Source: Rhina ancylostomus (taxonomy: Eukaryota). From it: a stretch of DNA of 64,000 nt. Shown here piece by piece: positions 52,881-64,000 of this stretch. Location: contig JARFYF010000094.1 of the NCBI GenBank assembly GCA_030265395.1, positions 33,593,913 through 33,657,912 of the forward strand, in the 5' to 3' direction. The position numbers were made by a program, and so were the translations under genes. Numbering within the stretch: the first letter of the stretch is position 1; each line of letters starts with the position of its first letter. The notes under the pieces are model-generated. The model did no database searches and was not told where the DNA came from. It saw only the letters and a list, made by a program, of their open reading frames with translations.

Positions 52881-53538
52881 CTTATTGCTAACCTCAGCTT
52901 TTTAGCACAGCAGCATGACCTGTCCAAAGGTCAAGAAGTGATGGTTCATCCCTTTTGCAAAAACAGCAGAAATTGTCCAAGGCTCAAGATGTTTGTTGCT
53001 TACGAAGTTAAACTTCTAACCAATATTGCCTGCTCAGCCTCTTAACATAAACAAGAGAACAATGGGATCCACTATTCCTTAATTAAACACTCCAGTCACC
53101 TGGNNNNNNNNNNNNNNNNNNNNNNNNNNNNNNNNNNNNNNNNNNNNNNNNNNNNNNNNNNNNNNNNNNNNNNNNNNNNNNNNNNNNNNNNNNNNNNNNN
53201 NNNCGCCGGAAGTGTGGTGACACTTGTGGGCTGCCCCCAGAACACTCTATGCAAAAGATGTATTTCACTGTGTGTTTCTACGTACATGTGACGAATAAAG
53301 AAATCTTATCACTAACCTCAGCTTTTTCACACAGCAGTCTGACCTGTCCAAAGGTCAAGAAGTGGTTGCTCATTAAGCTAAAATCCCATTTGCAAAAAAG
53401 GAAGAAATTGTCCAAGGCTCAAGATGTTTGTTGTTTGCGAAGTTAAACTTCTAACCAATATTCCCTGCTCAGCCTCTTAACAGAAACAAGAGAACAATGG
53501 GATCCACGTTTACTAAATTAAACACTCCAGTCACCTGG
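52881..53538 (+). repeat. ~225-bp direct repeat pair (52881-53103 and 53305-53538) flanking a gap and SINE tail
   Basis: Manual alignment gives about 21 substitutions plus one 11-bp indel. Confidence 0.92.
53204..53310 (+). mobile_element. 3' half of V-SINE (same type as 17609-17908)
   Basis: cgccggaagtgtggtgacacttgtgggctgcccccagaacactctatgcaaaagatgtatttcactgtgtg...aataaagaaatc aligns to 17801-17901. Confidence 0.9.
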
Positions 53539-54329
53539 CCTGAAGATGTGATTGAAAAAAACATCACACGCCAATGATGTCAACTAAGTGAAGAAAGAGT
53601 ATAAATGTTAGAAAGCAGTCAGGGTAGGGGGGAATGACAGAGAGAGGGGGTTACAGAAAGAAGACCTGGAATTCATTCCTCAACCTTTGGTTTTGATGAC
53701 GGATGACTTGTTTGTCTACAACTTGTTGGTATGACATTTTAGCTTGTTAGAATTGTACTTGTGTTTGGAAATGCTTTGTAAGCTACAAGTCGCTGTTAAG
53801 AATTATTTATTAGAATTAAATGTGTCTCACTTAAAATAAACTAAACTATGTTTAAACTTCTTCATTAGCTGGAAGTATCTTCTTGGTTGGGAGGAGGGAC
53901 ATACCGCTTGAAATAGTGATTATTGACAGCTAGACCTTTCCGTAGAGACTAAAGTAGTGAAGTAAACTAGTCCTTGAAGTGTAGGTTGATACAGTATAAT
54001 CTCCCTATAGTGAGGGTACTCGTAGATACTTACGCCAGATAGAACTTAAAGTCTTGACAAGTTTAGAGCTCCCGGATGATACACTCAATATCATCACATT
54101 ACATGATATGGATATCTGATGCATAGTTTTCAAGGAATAGCCTATAGTATTTCTCTGAAAATATAAATAAATTCACAAGTGATATTTCTGATGTATTACA
54201 TTACNNNNNNNNNNAAAAACTAGAGAAATGGAAAAATGAAGTAAGCAATCCAATCAAAATTTCAATTAAGGCTGAAATATAGGAATACATGTTGTACTAT
54301 TGTGAAATGAAGCTTTCACTGACCACAAT

Positions 54330-55190
54330 CTCATTGTCAACATTGTCATCGTGGTCTTGATGTACATGAGGTGCACTGCAATTGCTTTCCACACCCTTTA
54401 CCCACCCTCAGCCACAAAATTTTCATGTCTGCCTACTCTTTATCTATTCAAACCAACATAACAATACTATGGCATTTATTCCTAAGTTCCATGCTCACCT
54501 CTTTTGTTGAGGTTCTAGCACCTTCTATCCAGTCAAGCAACTGTACTGGTTCCCTTCTTCCTACCTCTTGTTTACAACTCACTTTGTCTATCACTAAACC
54601 TCAGTAACATTATGAAAACCTCTTCCTTTCTATCCTACGGTCTTGACCCCCAACCTGTTAATCATATCAGCCCAGTCAGCATACCTATTCTAATTTTTCA
54701 ATCATTACAATTACCTCTGTCTATCCCATTCATATTCTTAACAAATCAATCCTCTTTCCCTATCACTCTCTCATATCTTCTAATTCCCCAAGAATTGTTG
54801 CTATCGCATTTATAAAGACCTTGAGCATTAAGTGTTTGCATCTTCATTTTAAGCAACACCACCATCTCTGTCTCAACTCCTAGTTGGCCTCCTTCTGCTC
54901 TCATTATTGTGTACGATTATCCAAATGAGTTGGAACAATATATCCCTTTTTGTTGATGATGGCTTGCCTCAAATTTGTTTTTCATAACCCTTCTGGCCTC
55001 ATCATTGTTTAAAAAAAATCTAATTTCTGTTTTTGAATGAGGTTATCATCACCTTGTTTCTTCACTACTCTCTTGAACAACAATCCCCTCACTCACTCCA
55101 GCTCTTAACCTCCACAGTTCTTTTGTACGACTTTCCCTTCTCTCTGAAATCAACCTATAGTGCTTCTGACTCCCTAAAACGCACCAAATT
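54330..55190 (+). mobile_element. Highly decayed L2-type LINE fragment
   Basis: Long C/T-rich tract with tcctacggtcttgaccc and ttccctatcactctc patterns like the L2 endonuclease-RT linker; no ORF. Confidence 0.4.
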
Positions 55191-56776
55191 TTAGACCAGA
55201 TTTCCTTCCAGCAGCAGAGAATGAAGCAAGAGCAGGCTCCCTGCTCTTACACCTCCATAAAATTTAATCGTGAGTTGTAAGGATCAAATAGGAGGGTGGA
55301 AATCCTGCTTCACCATGACTTCAAAAAGGACCTTAAAATCCAAATCACAACTTCTGATATCTCCAGTTATATAGTGAAATAGCATCTAAATTAAGGGCCA
55401 CCAGTTTACCTTGAGATTTATCAGAAGTATGCAAATATGCCCCGCCTTCCCTCACCAGTTTTGGGCAAATTTCCATTGCTTTAGATTGTTCCATCTTTTA
55501 CTCATTACAAAACATTTCTGTCCAAGCTTTCATTCTGTGGGTGTCTGTTGAAACAATGAATCAAGACCTCTTGTTTGCACTTACTCCTTCAACCATTTCA
55601 GCAATAATAAATCCTAATCCAGAGTAATTTTCTGTTTCTGGTTCTTTGACTCCCACTGCTACTAAAATTAGAATTTTAAAACTGGTGCCATGTTCTGAGC
55701 TTATTTTACTGATTTATTGAGGTGCTTTTGTCTTTAGCGTAGATTCCAATCCCAATTATAACTAAGGTTGTCAGACATACAAGAGCATTGAAGCAAGATA
55801 CATCCATCTGTGTAATAAAATAACACAAAATGGGCATTTTGCATATGTATCAGTGCACTGATCTATGTTTTTTTGACAAATGTACATTGTGCAATATGTG
55901 TATTACTATGTGAAATTTCTTTCTGTCTGGAAGATTATTTCACAAGGAACAAATTTGACATTTTATGTTATAGTGTTGATACAACTGCATCTGATAGAGT
56001 TTTGTAACATGTCCATATATAAGAAACTGGTAAAATTAATTTTAAAAATAAGCACCACCTCTAATGACTAAGATTCAACATCTTATCATGACTTCCAGAG
56101 GAAAAAAATCAATTGGGACACAAAAATTCTGTTAGTGACTTGCGAGCTCACTATTCATTTGTGCTGAATTTATCAATACACAGATAAGCATTTAAGATGC
56201 AAAGTTGTGAAAATACATAATTTTGGAATATCATGACAAAGTAAACAGTGAAATTTCATTCACATATAACAAATTCCATTAAGAGCAACTGAGAAGCAGC
56301 AAAAAGATTAGTCAAATAATCCTTTCCATAACCTTTAATCAAAGTTGATATTTTGGTGATGATGCCAGAATACTATGAAACTGTTTTCTTTATCTAACAT
56401 TGAAGTTAATGAAGACAGCAGTTTGAAAAATATATTTATGTTTCTCAAAAGACACAACTCAAGTGATGCAATTATATCCCAATCAGATGATTAGAGGTTC
56501 ATTTTCTAAATCTATCTGTCTTCTGCTTTCTACTGCCACATTAGAGAATGATTGAAGCCAATTGACNNNNNNNNNNNNNNNNNNNNNNNNNNNNNNNNNN
56601 NNNNNNNNNNNNNNNNNNNNNCAGAGCTGCCATCAGTGTATTACGCTAGTACTCCTAATGAATACAAGCAATTCCACCCTCTAACTACTGCAACCTACCA
56701 ATTGGTATTGAGAATGCATTCATCATGCTCTATCCAAGACCTACCATAAAACTGTATGCAACTAACTAGCATGTAA

Positions 56777-56792
56777 CCTGTAGATGGTGCAG
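56777..56792 (+). promoter_or_regulatory. Candidate CTCF site (one C>T change in the GGC)
   Basis: CCTGTAGATGGTGCAG. Confidence 0.3.
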
Positions 56793-57049
56793 GCAGTTTT
56801 CCAAATAAAATGTCATGTAACTTTTGCTGCACACTATCAAATGCCTGGTTAGTTGTCCTGGTAAATCTGGCAAGAAACGTGTGATTAATTACAAGCATTG
56901 ATATCAGTGACCCAGTGAAGAAAGAAAGTCATGAATTCTACGTCAGTACTACATTGATATTAAAGTGATGTTAATGATCTGATGCTGGCAACTCAAATAG
57001 TCTGGAATACTGTGGAAATTTGATTACTCGTAAGTGGAATTATATTCAA

Positions 57050-57900
57050 TATACAGAAGTTAAATAGGTCATTTGGGCTAACTAGACTGTGGTGGTCTTT
57101 ATCCTCAGGTGACTCCTCCCTTTTCATCTAACTCAGCTCATCTCAACCTTTTGGCTTTTCTTTCTGTTCCCTCTTCTCTGGCGTACAAATAATGTTTCCT
57201 TCTGAAAGTATCCAGGTTATTTAACTTCAGCATTTCCTATGGTGAGAGTTCCACATTCTAACCAAGATATTTATTCTTACTTTTCTATCTTGTATTTATG
57301 GCCCTAGATAGTTGATTATGCCACTTAGAAACTTATTAAGGCTGTATTTGTCAATATTGCATGGACATCAGTTGAAATCCTGCATTGAATGTCCCTCCCT
57401 AATTTCCCCTGGACTGTAGATGCATTCAAATGTCAACCACATTGTTGGGTCTGGAGTCACAGACAGACCAGACTAGTTAAGAATGACAGATTTCCTCTCT
57501 GTAGGACGTTAGTGAAATGAATGTTTTGTTTCACAGCATTCATAGTCATTTTTACTGAAAGTTTCATTCAATTACTTGAGGTTACATTCTCCAGCTGTTA
57601 TAACAGGTTCATATCCCTGAACCAATAGTCCAGAACTCTAGTTTCAAGTCCAGTAAACTGCCCACTGCATCATCAAATCTATTTCTATCTGGTCCACTTC
57701 ATTTGTAATCTTAAAGGCCTCCAACAAGTCTCCTCATTCTCTATCCCAAAAAGCTTCAAAATGTTCAATCTCTCCCAATAATTGCATCTATCAGACCCAG
57801 TACCATTCTTGTAACCTCTCTTGACTCTTTTCCAATGGTTCTACATCCATTCTAGGGAATGGAGACTAGAATTTTGCGCAAGAGTACAGGTTCAGCCTGA
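57050..57900 (-). mobile_element. Old CR1 fragment split by a SINE at ~57355-57675
   Basis: CR1 antisense motifs before (ggtgagagttccacattctaacc) and after (accattcttgtaacctctcttgactcttttccaatgg...ggagactagaattttgcgc) the insert. Confidence 0.6.
57355..57675 (-). mobile_element. Elasmobranch tRNA-derived SINE (decayed)
   Basis: gtcaaccacattgttgggtctggagtcacagacagaccagactagttaagaatgacagatttcctctctgtaggacgttagtgaa, recalled as a common shark/ray SINE body. Confidence 0.6.
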
Positions 57901-60900
57901 GAGGAATCTCCAGACAAATATATTTTTAACTTCTGACCTGTACTACTGCTTTTAATCACTTATTCACTTGTCTCCATGGGTTCTTTGAGCCCATTCAGTC
58001 TCTTATTTCCTAAGGTGTAGGTGCTATTTTTGTTTTTCCTAAAAATTCCTTTACCTCAGGTTTGTCTAAGGTTTATTTTTTCATTTAGCTGCAACTTTTC
58101 TAATGCTTTGTTTTTCTGGCCTCAATTTTGCAGGAAAATTCTTACAGCTCCAGAAGCATTCAGAAACATTCATAGTTTGTAATGACTTTGACAGCTGGCT
58201 AAACCAAGGAGTGTGGCTTAGTGACCAATCAACACCTTAATCAGCAGTTTTGTTGATGGGCTTGTTCTGCTTCCCTCTACCACTACAATTCCAGATAATG
58301 TAATTTATGCACGAGAACCCCACTGTAGGTGATGCAGGCTTTATCCAGCAAGTTTGTACAAATGTGACTAAAGTAAAAGGGAAGCTATCCAAAATGAACC
58401 CAGATGGCTCTTCTCTGCCTGCAAAGTTTGACAGTACATGTTGCATTCTCCATGAACAGTACCTACATCAACTGTCACCATCATGAACTACACCAGTAGA
58501 AATGTTCAGCAGGAGCATCAATGAAGCTTTAACACAAAAAAAACATTTAAGAATGCTTAATTCTTTTACTTTTCATTGAATGTGCAAATAATACTTACGA
58601 ACTGTAATGACAGCAAGGTATGAGAAATCAAATGGTTTCAAAACTTGAAATGTAGACGTAACTGGATAATTATTGGGTGGGTAATAGTGGAAGAAGTGCA
58701 CCAGCTCCCAAACTACTCAACGACCCATCCCATCAAGCACCACCTGCCTCAGTTGCATGTTCCACATTGGCTTCATCCATTATCTTCGAACTCACAAAAT
58801 CTGAGTAGAAGCAAGTCATTCTTGATTCCAAAAAAGCAGAAAAAAGACCAGTTGCTAGATTATTTAAAATAGAGTTAACACAACAATTGCTGCTTGATGG
58901 TCACAGAGCTAAAGAATTCTCAGGATTCAAATTAAAAGACCAATGTAAGAGACCCTTTAAAGCACATTTCTCTAATCACATTGATAACCTGGAAGTATCA
59001 CCATGTGCCATGTTACTAACTAGTTAATTTTTAACCAATTATGAAGTAATAGCTTGGTCCTGAGAAGAATCAAAAAGAATCATTTCTCCCACATAATACA
59101 AATAAGCTCATCATTTAAATAAAATAGGTCTGAACAATAAAGTTGATATTGTTAGTAGTTCCTGCTTTGATATAAAGTACATTAACAAAAATACTGAGTT
59201 TTGATTGCCACAGCTGTGAAACGATGGTATTTATCAAAAAAAATTTCAAAATCCATTTCCTCAAACCAAGGAAACATGGAAAAAGTCCATCCTGCCAGTG
59301 GAAACATTCAACAGTTGAAAGCCCTCTGCTGTGGTTTCTTGCAAAGGCAGCAAACTTTTGAAAGGGAAATTGCTGCCAACTCAAATACAGTTTGCTTTCA
59401 CACCCAAGAACAAACTGTGTGCACACTAAAGGCTTCCTGAGGGCTCACTGCAGCTGGAGCAATGTGAATAAAGGTAAATGCAGTATTAGTGCTATTGGGA
59501 ATCATTTTTATGCTCCTAAATTTAATTTAATATTGTTCCTGTGAAGTATCTTGGGACACTTTTCTGTGTTAAAGCAGCTACATAAGTGCAAGCTGTTTCT
59601 ATTGCATAAGCAGTGAATCAGTAATAAAATGCCTATACTGACCTACCTCAGTACACCAGGTTTTTAGATGCTTCAGTAATGAGGGCTACTAAAATGTAGT
59701 GCAAAAACTACTAACTACCCCCAACCCCCGCCACAAAAATCATAAGGCACTCACTTAAAATGAATATTGTACATGTTGATTATTGCAATTGGACTCTATA
59801 ATCTAAAGTGTTTAGACCATGAATTTAGCTTACATTTGTTGCACAAGTATTACTTTATAATAAAGAACAATTGTAGAGGAGTTAGATTTGTAAGATTACT
59901 TAGGCTGCTACATTTTAACAGGTAGAAAGACGAGGGGAAAATAGAAAGAAAAACAAAATTTGAAATTATTTTGATTCTGAAAGAGGTATTTTAATAAAAT
60001 ATACTGAATCAAAAGCACCAATTTATGTCATGTAGAATGCTGGAAATTTTAAAACCAGTATTATCTTGGGGTTACACAACATTAATTCTAAAATAGCTTT
60101 CAAATTGCCCACTGCAGATGCCCATTTTACTGGCAGAGTTTTTCCAGCATTTTGTACTTGTTTTTTTGTATTCAGAGTGTTGACAGTATTTTAGGTTTGT
60201 TTCAAAGCTGATTGTATCACACATTCCTCTGCTATTAAGCCTGAGATTTTATGCACCATCAACTTTTACAAAATAAATAAATGTACATCTGTATAAAAGC
60301 ATTGAGGATGTATGTATGAAAACAATATCCTTAAAGGCCTGTAAATTTGTCCTTTGGAGATTTTAAACAACACTCTTCAACCTGGGTTACTTTACATCAA
60401 TTGATACTGACTGATTTTCAAAGTTTTGAACTACAACTAAATTATGCAAAGATAAAGGAAAAAATCTCCTCTCACTTGCTAAATGCACTTCATCAATGTC
60501 TGCTCATGATGATTGATGCAATGTTATTTTTCTTTCAGCACCTTTTACCATGTCTTGTTACTGAATGAGATGATTCTAGGAAGCTCCACAAACACTCAGC
60601 TTTCAGCTTGAAGCATGCAATTCTCCAGTGCAATCTCATTGTAAATGTCCTTGTAGCCAATGGTACTTAAGGCCACAAAGTTCAAGCTGACTGTGGAGTG
60701 GAACAGCACTGAACATCTGGCCATGAATGATCAGAAAGGCTACTAACTAACCGTGCTGGGCTCTTGATGAAAAATTCAACATTTTCCTTGTTGGCACAGT
60801 TGTTTTGTAGTATTCTCTTGAGCTTCCTGAATTATATTAAGAAAATTTCACTGCAGCAATTTATATCTGTGAGAACAGCTGGCGCTGAAAGGGGATCTGC

Positions 60901-61569
60901 TACACAACAATTGCTGGGGGACCTTAGATTGGATCCTGCTCCATTCACTACATTTGTCCTTGAAAATTAGTTTTGCAGAATAAAATAAAAGTTTAACTAA
61001 TTTATCATTATAAGCATGATAATAGCCCACGGTATCCAAAAATTCATCAGTGCACGAGTTATACTTTTTGTAAAGAACACATACAAATAAAACAAAATAT
61101 GTGACTTACATCCAAAAGTTGGAGATAGTAAAAGCCTCCTCACGCCCTCATTAAAGCAAATGTCCCTTTTACTTACGAATAATCCAAACATACTTGTTTT
61201 TCCTTAAGTTCAGTGGCACATGATGCTTTTGTAATGTCAGTTATATATGCCAAAATAATACCACAATCAGAAACCTGGCAGATGTGCAGAAAGCCAAAAA
61301 TTATTCATGGCAAGAAGACACAGCAGCAACAAAGCAGCAGAGCATGATGTTGTCATTCAGATTGCAGAAGTAAACAAAATTTATTAAATATCTGAATTAA
61401 GCCAATGGAATATGAAAATGTTTACAATATACTGAATTTGTTGATCTCAGTAAACTGCATCTTGCATTCATATAGAGCATTTAATATAGAACACCACACC
61501 ACATCAAGTACTTCACAGAATTGTGAGTTGATTTGTGAAGATTGATGTGAAGCCATAGAGAGAGAGAGA

Positions 61570-62230
61570 TAATAAAAGCAGTGACTGAAAAATGTTTTAA
61601 TGTGGGTCAAAGGAATAAAAGGTGTGAAAAGGCATAGAGGTTTGAGAAGGGAATTTTGCATCAATGGGGTCACAAATTCCTGAACATGTTTCCTTCAACA
61701 GTAAAGAAAAGGTGATGGGGGTTTAAGAGTCCAGAGCAAAATGTTTTGAAGGTTGTAGGGCAGAAGAGTAACAGAGATATGGAGGGATGAGGCAAACCAT
61801 TGATTTAGACATCAGGAGCCAATAAAAGTCAGTGAAAATAAGCGGAAATGAATGTGGAGAATGGAATGAGTTTGGATAGGCTGAAGTTAATGGAGGGTGG
61901 AGTATGAAACACCAGCCAGGTGGGTATGGAACAAGTGAGCTTGGGTGTGGCAAAGACATGGATGACAACTTTAGGAATATATGAACATTTGTTGCAGAGG
62001 TGGAGGTATTGGGTCTTAGTGATAGAGAAGATAGTGAATTAGAAGTCAATCCACAGTCAAATAATGGGAAGTTACAATTATTCTGAGATAATTAAATGGT
62101 GGGCAGGAAAGGGATAGACTCAGTGTTAAAATTACAGCATCTGTGGCAAAGGTTGAAGATGAAGTTTTTAGCCTTCCTGCTATGGGATTAAGGGAACTGC
62201 AACAGAGGGGTTGAGGAATAGAACTAATCA
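61570..62230 (-). mobile_element. L2-type LINE fragment
   Basis: Purine-rich antisense pattern gaggtttgagaagggaattttgca...gtaacagagatatggagggatgaggcaaaccat...gaagttttggat-like segments. Confidence 0.6.
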
Positions 62231-62389
62231 TCACGAGCATATCACTAATCAGCTAAAATTCTTGCCCCCAAAGTCTGTTCAGGTTTGATTAACTAAAAAT
62301 ATCAAAACTGAGATTAATAAGCTTTTCTTAGACTAGAGTATAGTTTCAAAATTAAATTAGGTAGATAGAGTTAAGATACAGATCAGCAT

Positions 62390-62655
62390 GGGGTGGCACA
62401 GTAGCGTAGCAGTTAGCGTGACGCTATTACAGTGCCAGCGATCAGGGTTTGATTCCCGTCGCTGCCTGTACGGAGTTTGTACATTCTCCCGTGTCTGTGT
62501 GGGTTTCCTCCAGGTGCTTCAGTTTCCTCCCACATTCTAAAGACGTATGGGTAGGTTAATTTGGGGTTTAAAAATGGGCGGCACGGACTTGTTGGGCCGG
62601 AAGGGCCTGTTACCATGCTGCAAATAAAATTTAAATAAAATTTTAAAAATTTAAA
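62390..62655 (+). mobile_element. Full-length HE1-like V-SINE with CR1-derived tail, nested in an old CR1 3' end
   Basis: A box TAGCGTAGCAG, B box GGTTTGATTCC, V core gggtttcctccaggtgcttcagtttcctcccacattc, tail gttgggccggaagggcctgttaccatgctg plus AT-rich end; CR1 tail pieces on both sides. Confidence 0.92.
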
Positions 62656-62879
62656 TAGCCAAGCTGAATATCCAACAAGGCTTGAGGACTCGCCTCATCC
62701 TGTTCCTGCTATTACTTCTTTGAACTGTCAATAGTTGATTCTCAACTTTTGATCTCTGATTATTTATAGAACATCTCTTTCATATCCAATGGAGGGCCAA
62801 AGGCTGGACAGTAGATAATTAGAAAGTGCAGTTTTAGTGATAATCGATGTTTGAACCTGACATTGATAAGAATGTAAGT

Positions 62880-63330
62880 GGATTACAGGAGAATAGTAAG
62901 CACAAGGAAGTGTTTGGAGACAGCCACAATCAAGGCAATGGAAGCCAGATGATCATAAAGCTGAGGAAGGGGTTGTGAGCAGGNNNNNNNNNNNNNNNNN
63001 NNNNNNNNNNNNNNNNNNNNNNNNNNNNNNNNNNNNNNNNNNNNNNNNNNNNNNNNNNNNNNNNNNNNNNNNNNNNNNNNNNNTGAGCAGGGTAAAAGAA
63101 TTGTAAAAGGTGACTGTATGAAGAGGGCAGATATCGTTAGAACAAAAGGAGAGAGAACAAGGTAAGTTAAGATATAGTTGAAAATCACCAAGGGAGAGAG
63201 ACACACAGAGCAGTAGCAAAGAGAGTAGAGAGAGACCATCTCAAATCAAAACCAGTAATGGTTGAAAGAGAACAAGGATTTAAAAGAAAAAAACAAGTAT
63301 GGTGATGGAAGAAAAATGGAGGCAAAACTA
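62880..63330 (-). mobile_element. Decayed L2-type fragment interrupted by gap 62984-63083
   Basis: Purine-rich tract; TGAGCAGG on both sides of the gap suggests a hidden insertion with an 8-bp target-site duplication. Confidence 0.4.
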
Positions 63331-63947
63331 AAAAAAAAGCTCTGTGTGTATAAAGTACAGCAATATTGCAAAAGTTTCTGAGTGTCCTAAGAGCAGTTAC
63401 TAGCATCTTCTGGTTATTTGTAGCTGTGATTTATGTTCACTTATGTTCCAGTTTCAAACTAGTCCAGATGATGTTAGTGGTGGTGCAAAATTCATCATCA
63501 GTGAAATTTTCAACCACATCGTCCGAAAAACAAAAGTAGCTGTTCATTGCAGATGGAGGTTGAAGCAGCTTGTGTAAATGAGTGAATGAATATGTGGTAA
63601 ATAAAGGTGTCATCTGACTGTGATTCATGTTTGGTGGTGACATTGTGCACATGTACCTTAAGTTGGTTGACGAAATACCAGCTGCATGGCTAAGTGCTGG
63701 CAGCTGCAAGAAATTCAACTACAGCTTAACAACAATTCCTGATGTTTTGGAAACACATGGCATTACACAAGGGAGCCAGAAAATAATTTCAAAATGGTAC
63801 TGTATAATGTTGAGATCTTGCAACTCAGTTTTCATGCAGAAAATAAACATGCATGTGAATTTCTAACGCAGAAATTCTATAGAAGAACACAAGGAAAGCC
63901 TTCCTATGTCTGATTGGTATCGAATGTGCCCTGGCTTTGTTGATATT

Positions 63948-64000
63948 GTGTGACACAGCATAGCAATTAGAGTGACGCTATTACAGCGCCAGCGATTGGG
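63948..64000 (+). mobile_element. V-SINE head cut by the window end
   Basis: gtgacgctattacagcgccagcga matches the heads at 17641 and 62418. Confidence 0.85.

Noticed and set aside
7240-55440. About a dozen scattered octamer ATGCAAAT motifs
   Set aside because: Dispersed and largely explicable by AT richness and CA/TG excess.
63627-63866. THAP9/P-element transposase or dynamin similarity
   Set aside because: Only 4-5 residue resemblances with wrong spacing.
1-64000. Intact hammerhead ribozyme, CRISPR array, rRNA, snoRNA or prokaryotic operon
   Set aside because: The CTGATGA hits I checked (2281, 6275, 36118, 43099, 49623 and minus-strand ones) lack helix II plus GAAA; no regular repeat-spacer array or long ORFs; the DNA is vertebrate non-coding.

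Overview
Non-coding, AT-rich vertebrate DNA with 14 N-gaps. The repeat set (HE1/V-SINE-type tRNA SINEs, CR1/HER1-like, Rex-Babar, RTE and L2 LINE fragments, DeuSINE-like relics, Penelope-type terminal repeats) points to a cartilaginous fish; this is inferred from recalled repeat consensus, not a database search. I could not recognise any host protein-coding exon, and the supplied ORFs are LINE remnants, microsatellite or gap read-through, or chance. The window reads as an intron or intergenic stretch, with a repeat-poor zone at about 11.4-29 kb holding candidate regulatory motifs and weak minus-strand exon candidates. Best leads: degenerate minimal hammerhead ribozymes in Penelope-type repeats, two V-SINE types with one head/core but different LINE-derived tails, a SINE between two ~225-bp ~90%-identical direct repeats, and a ~400-bp segment with mirror-image dinucleotide bias. 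Element boundaries are approximate.
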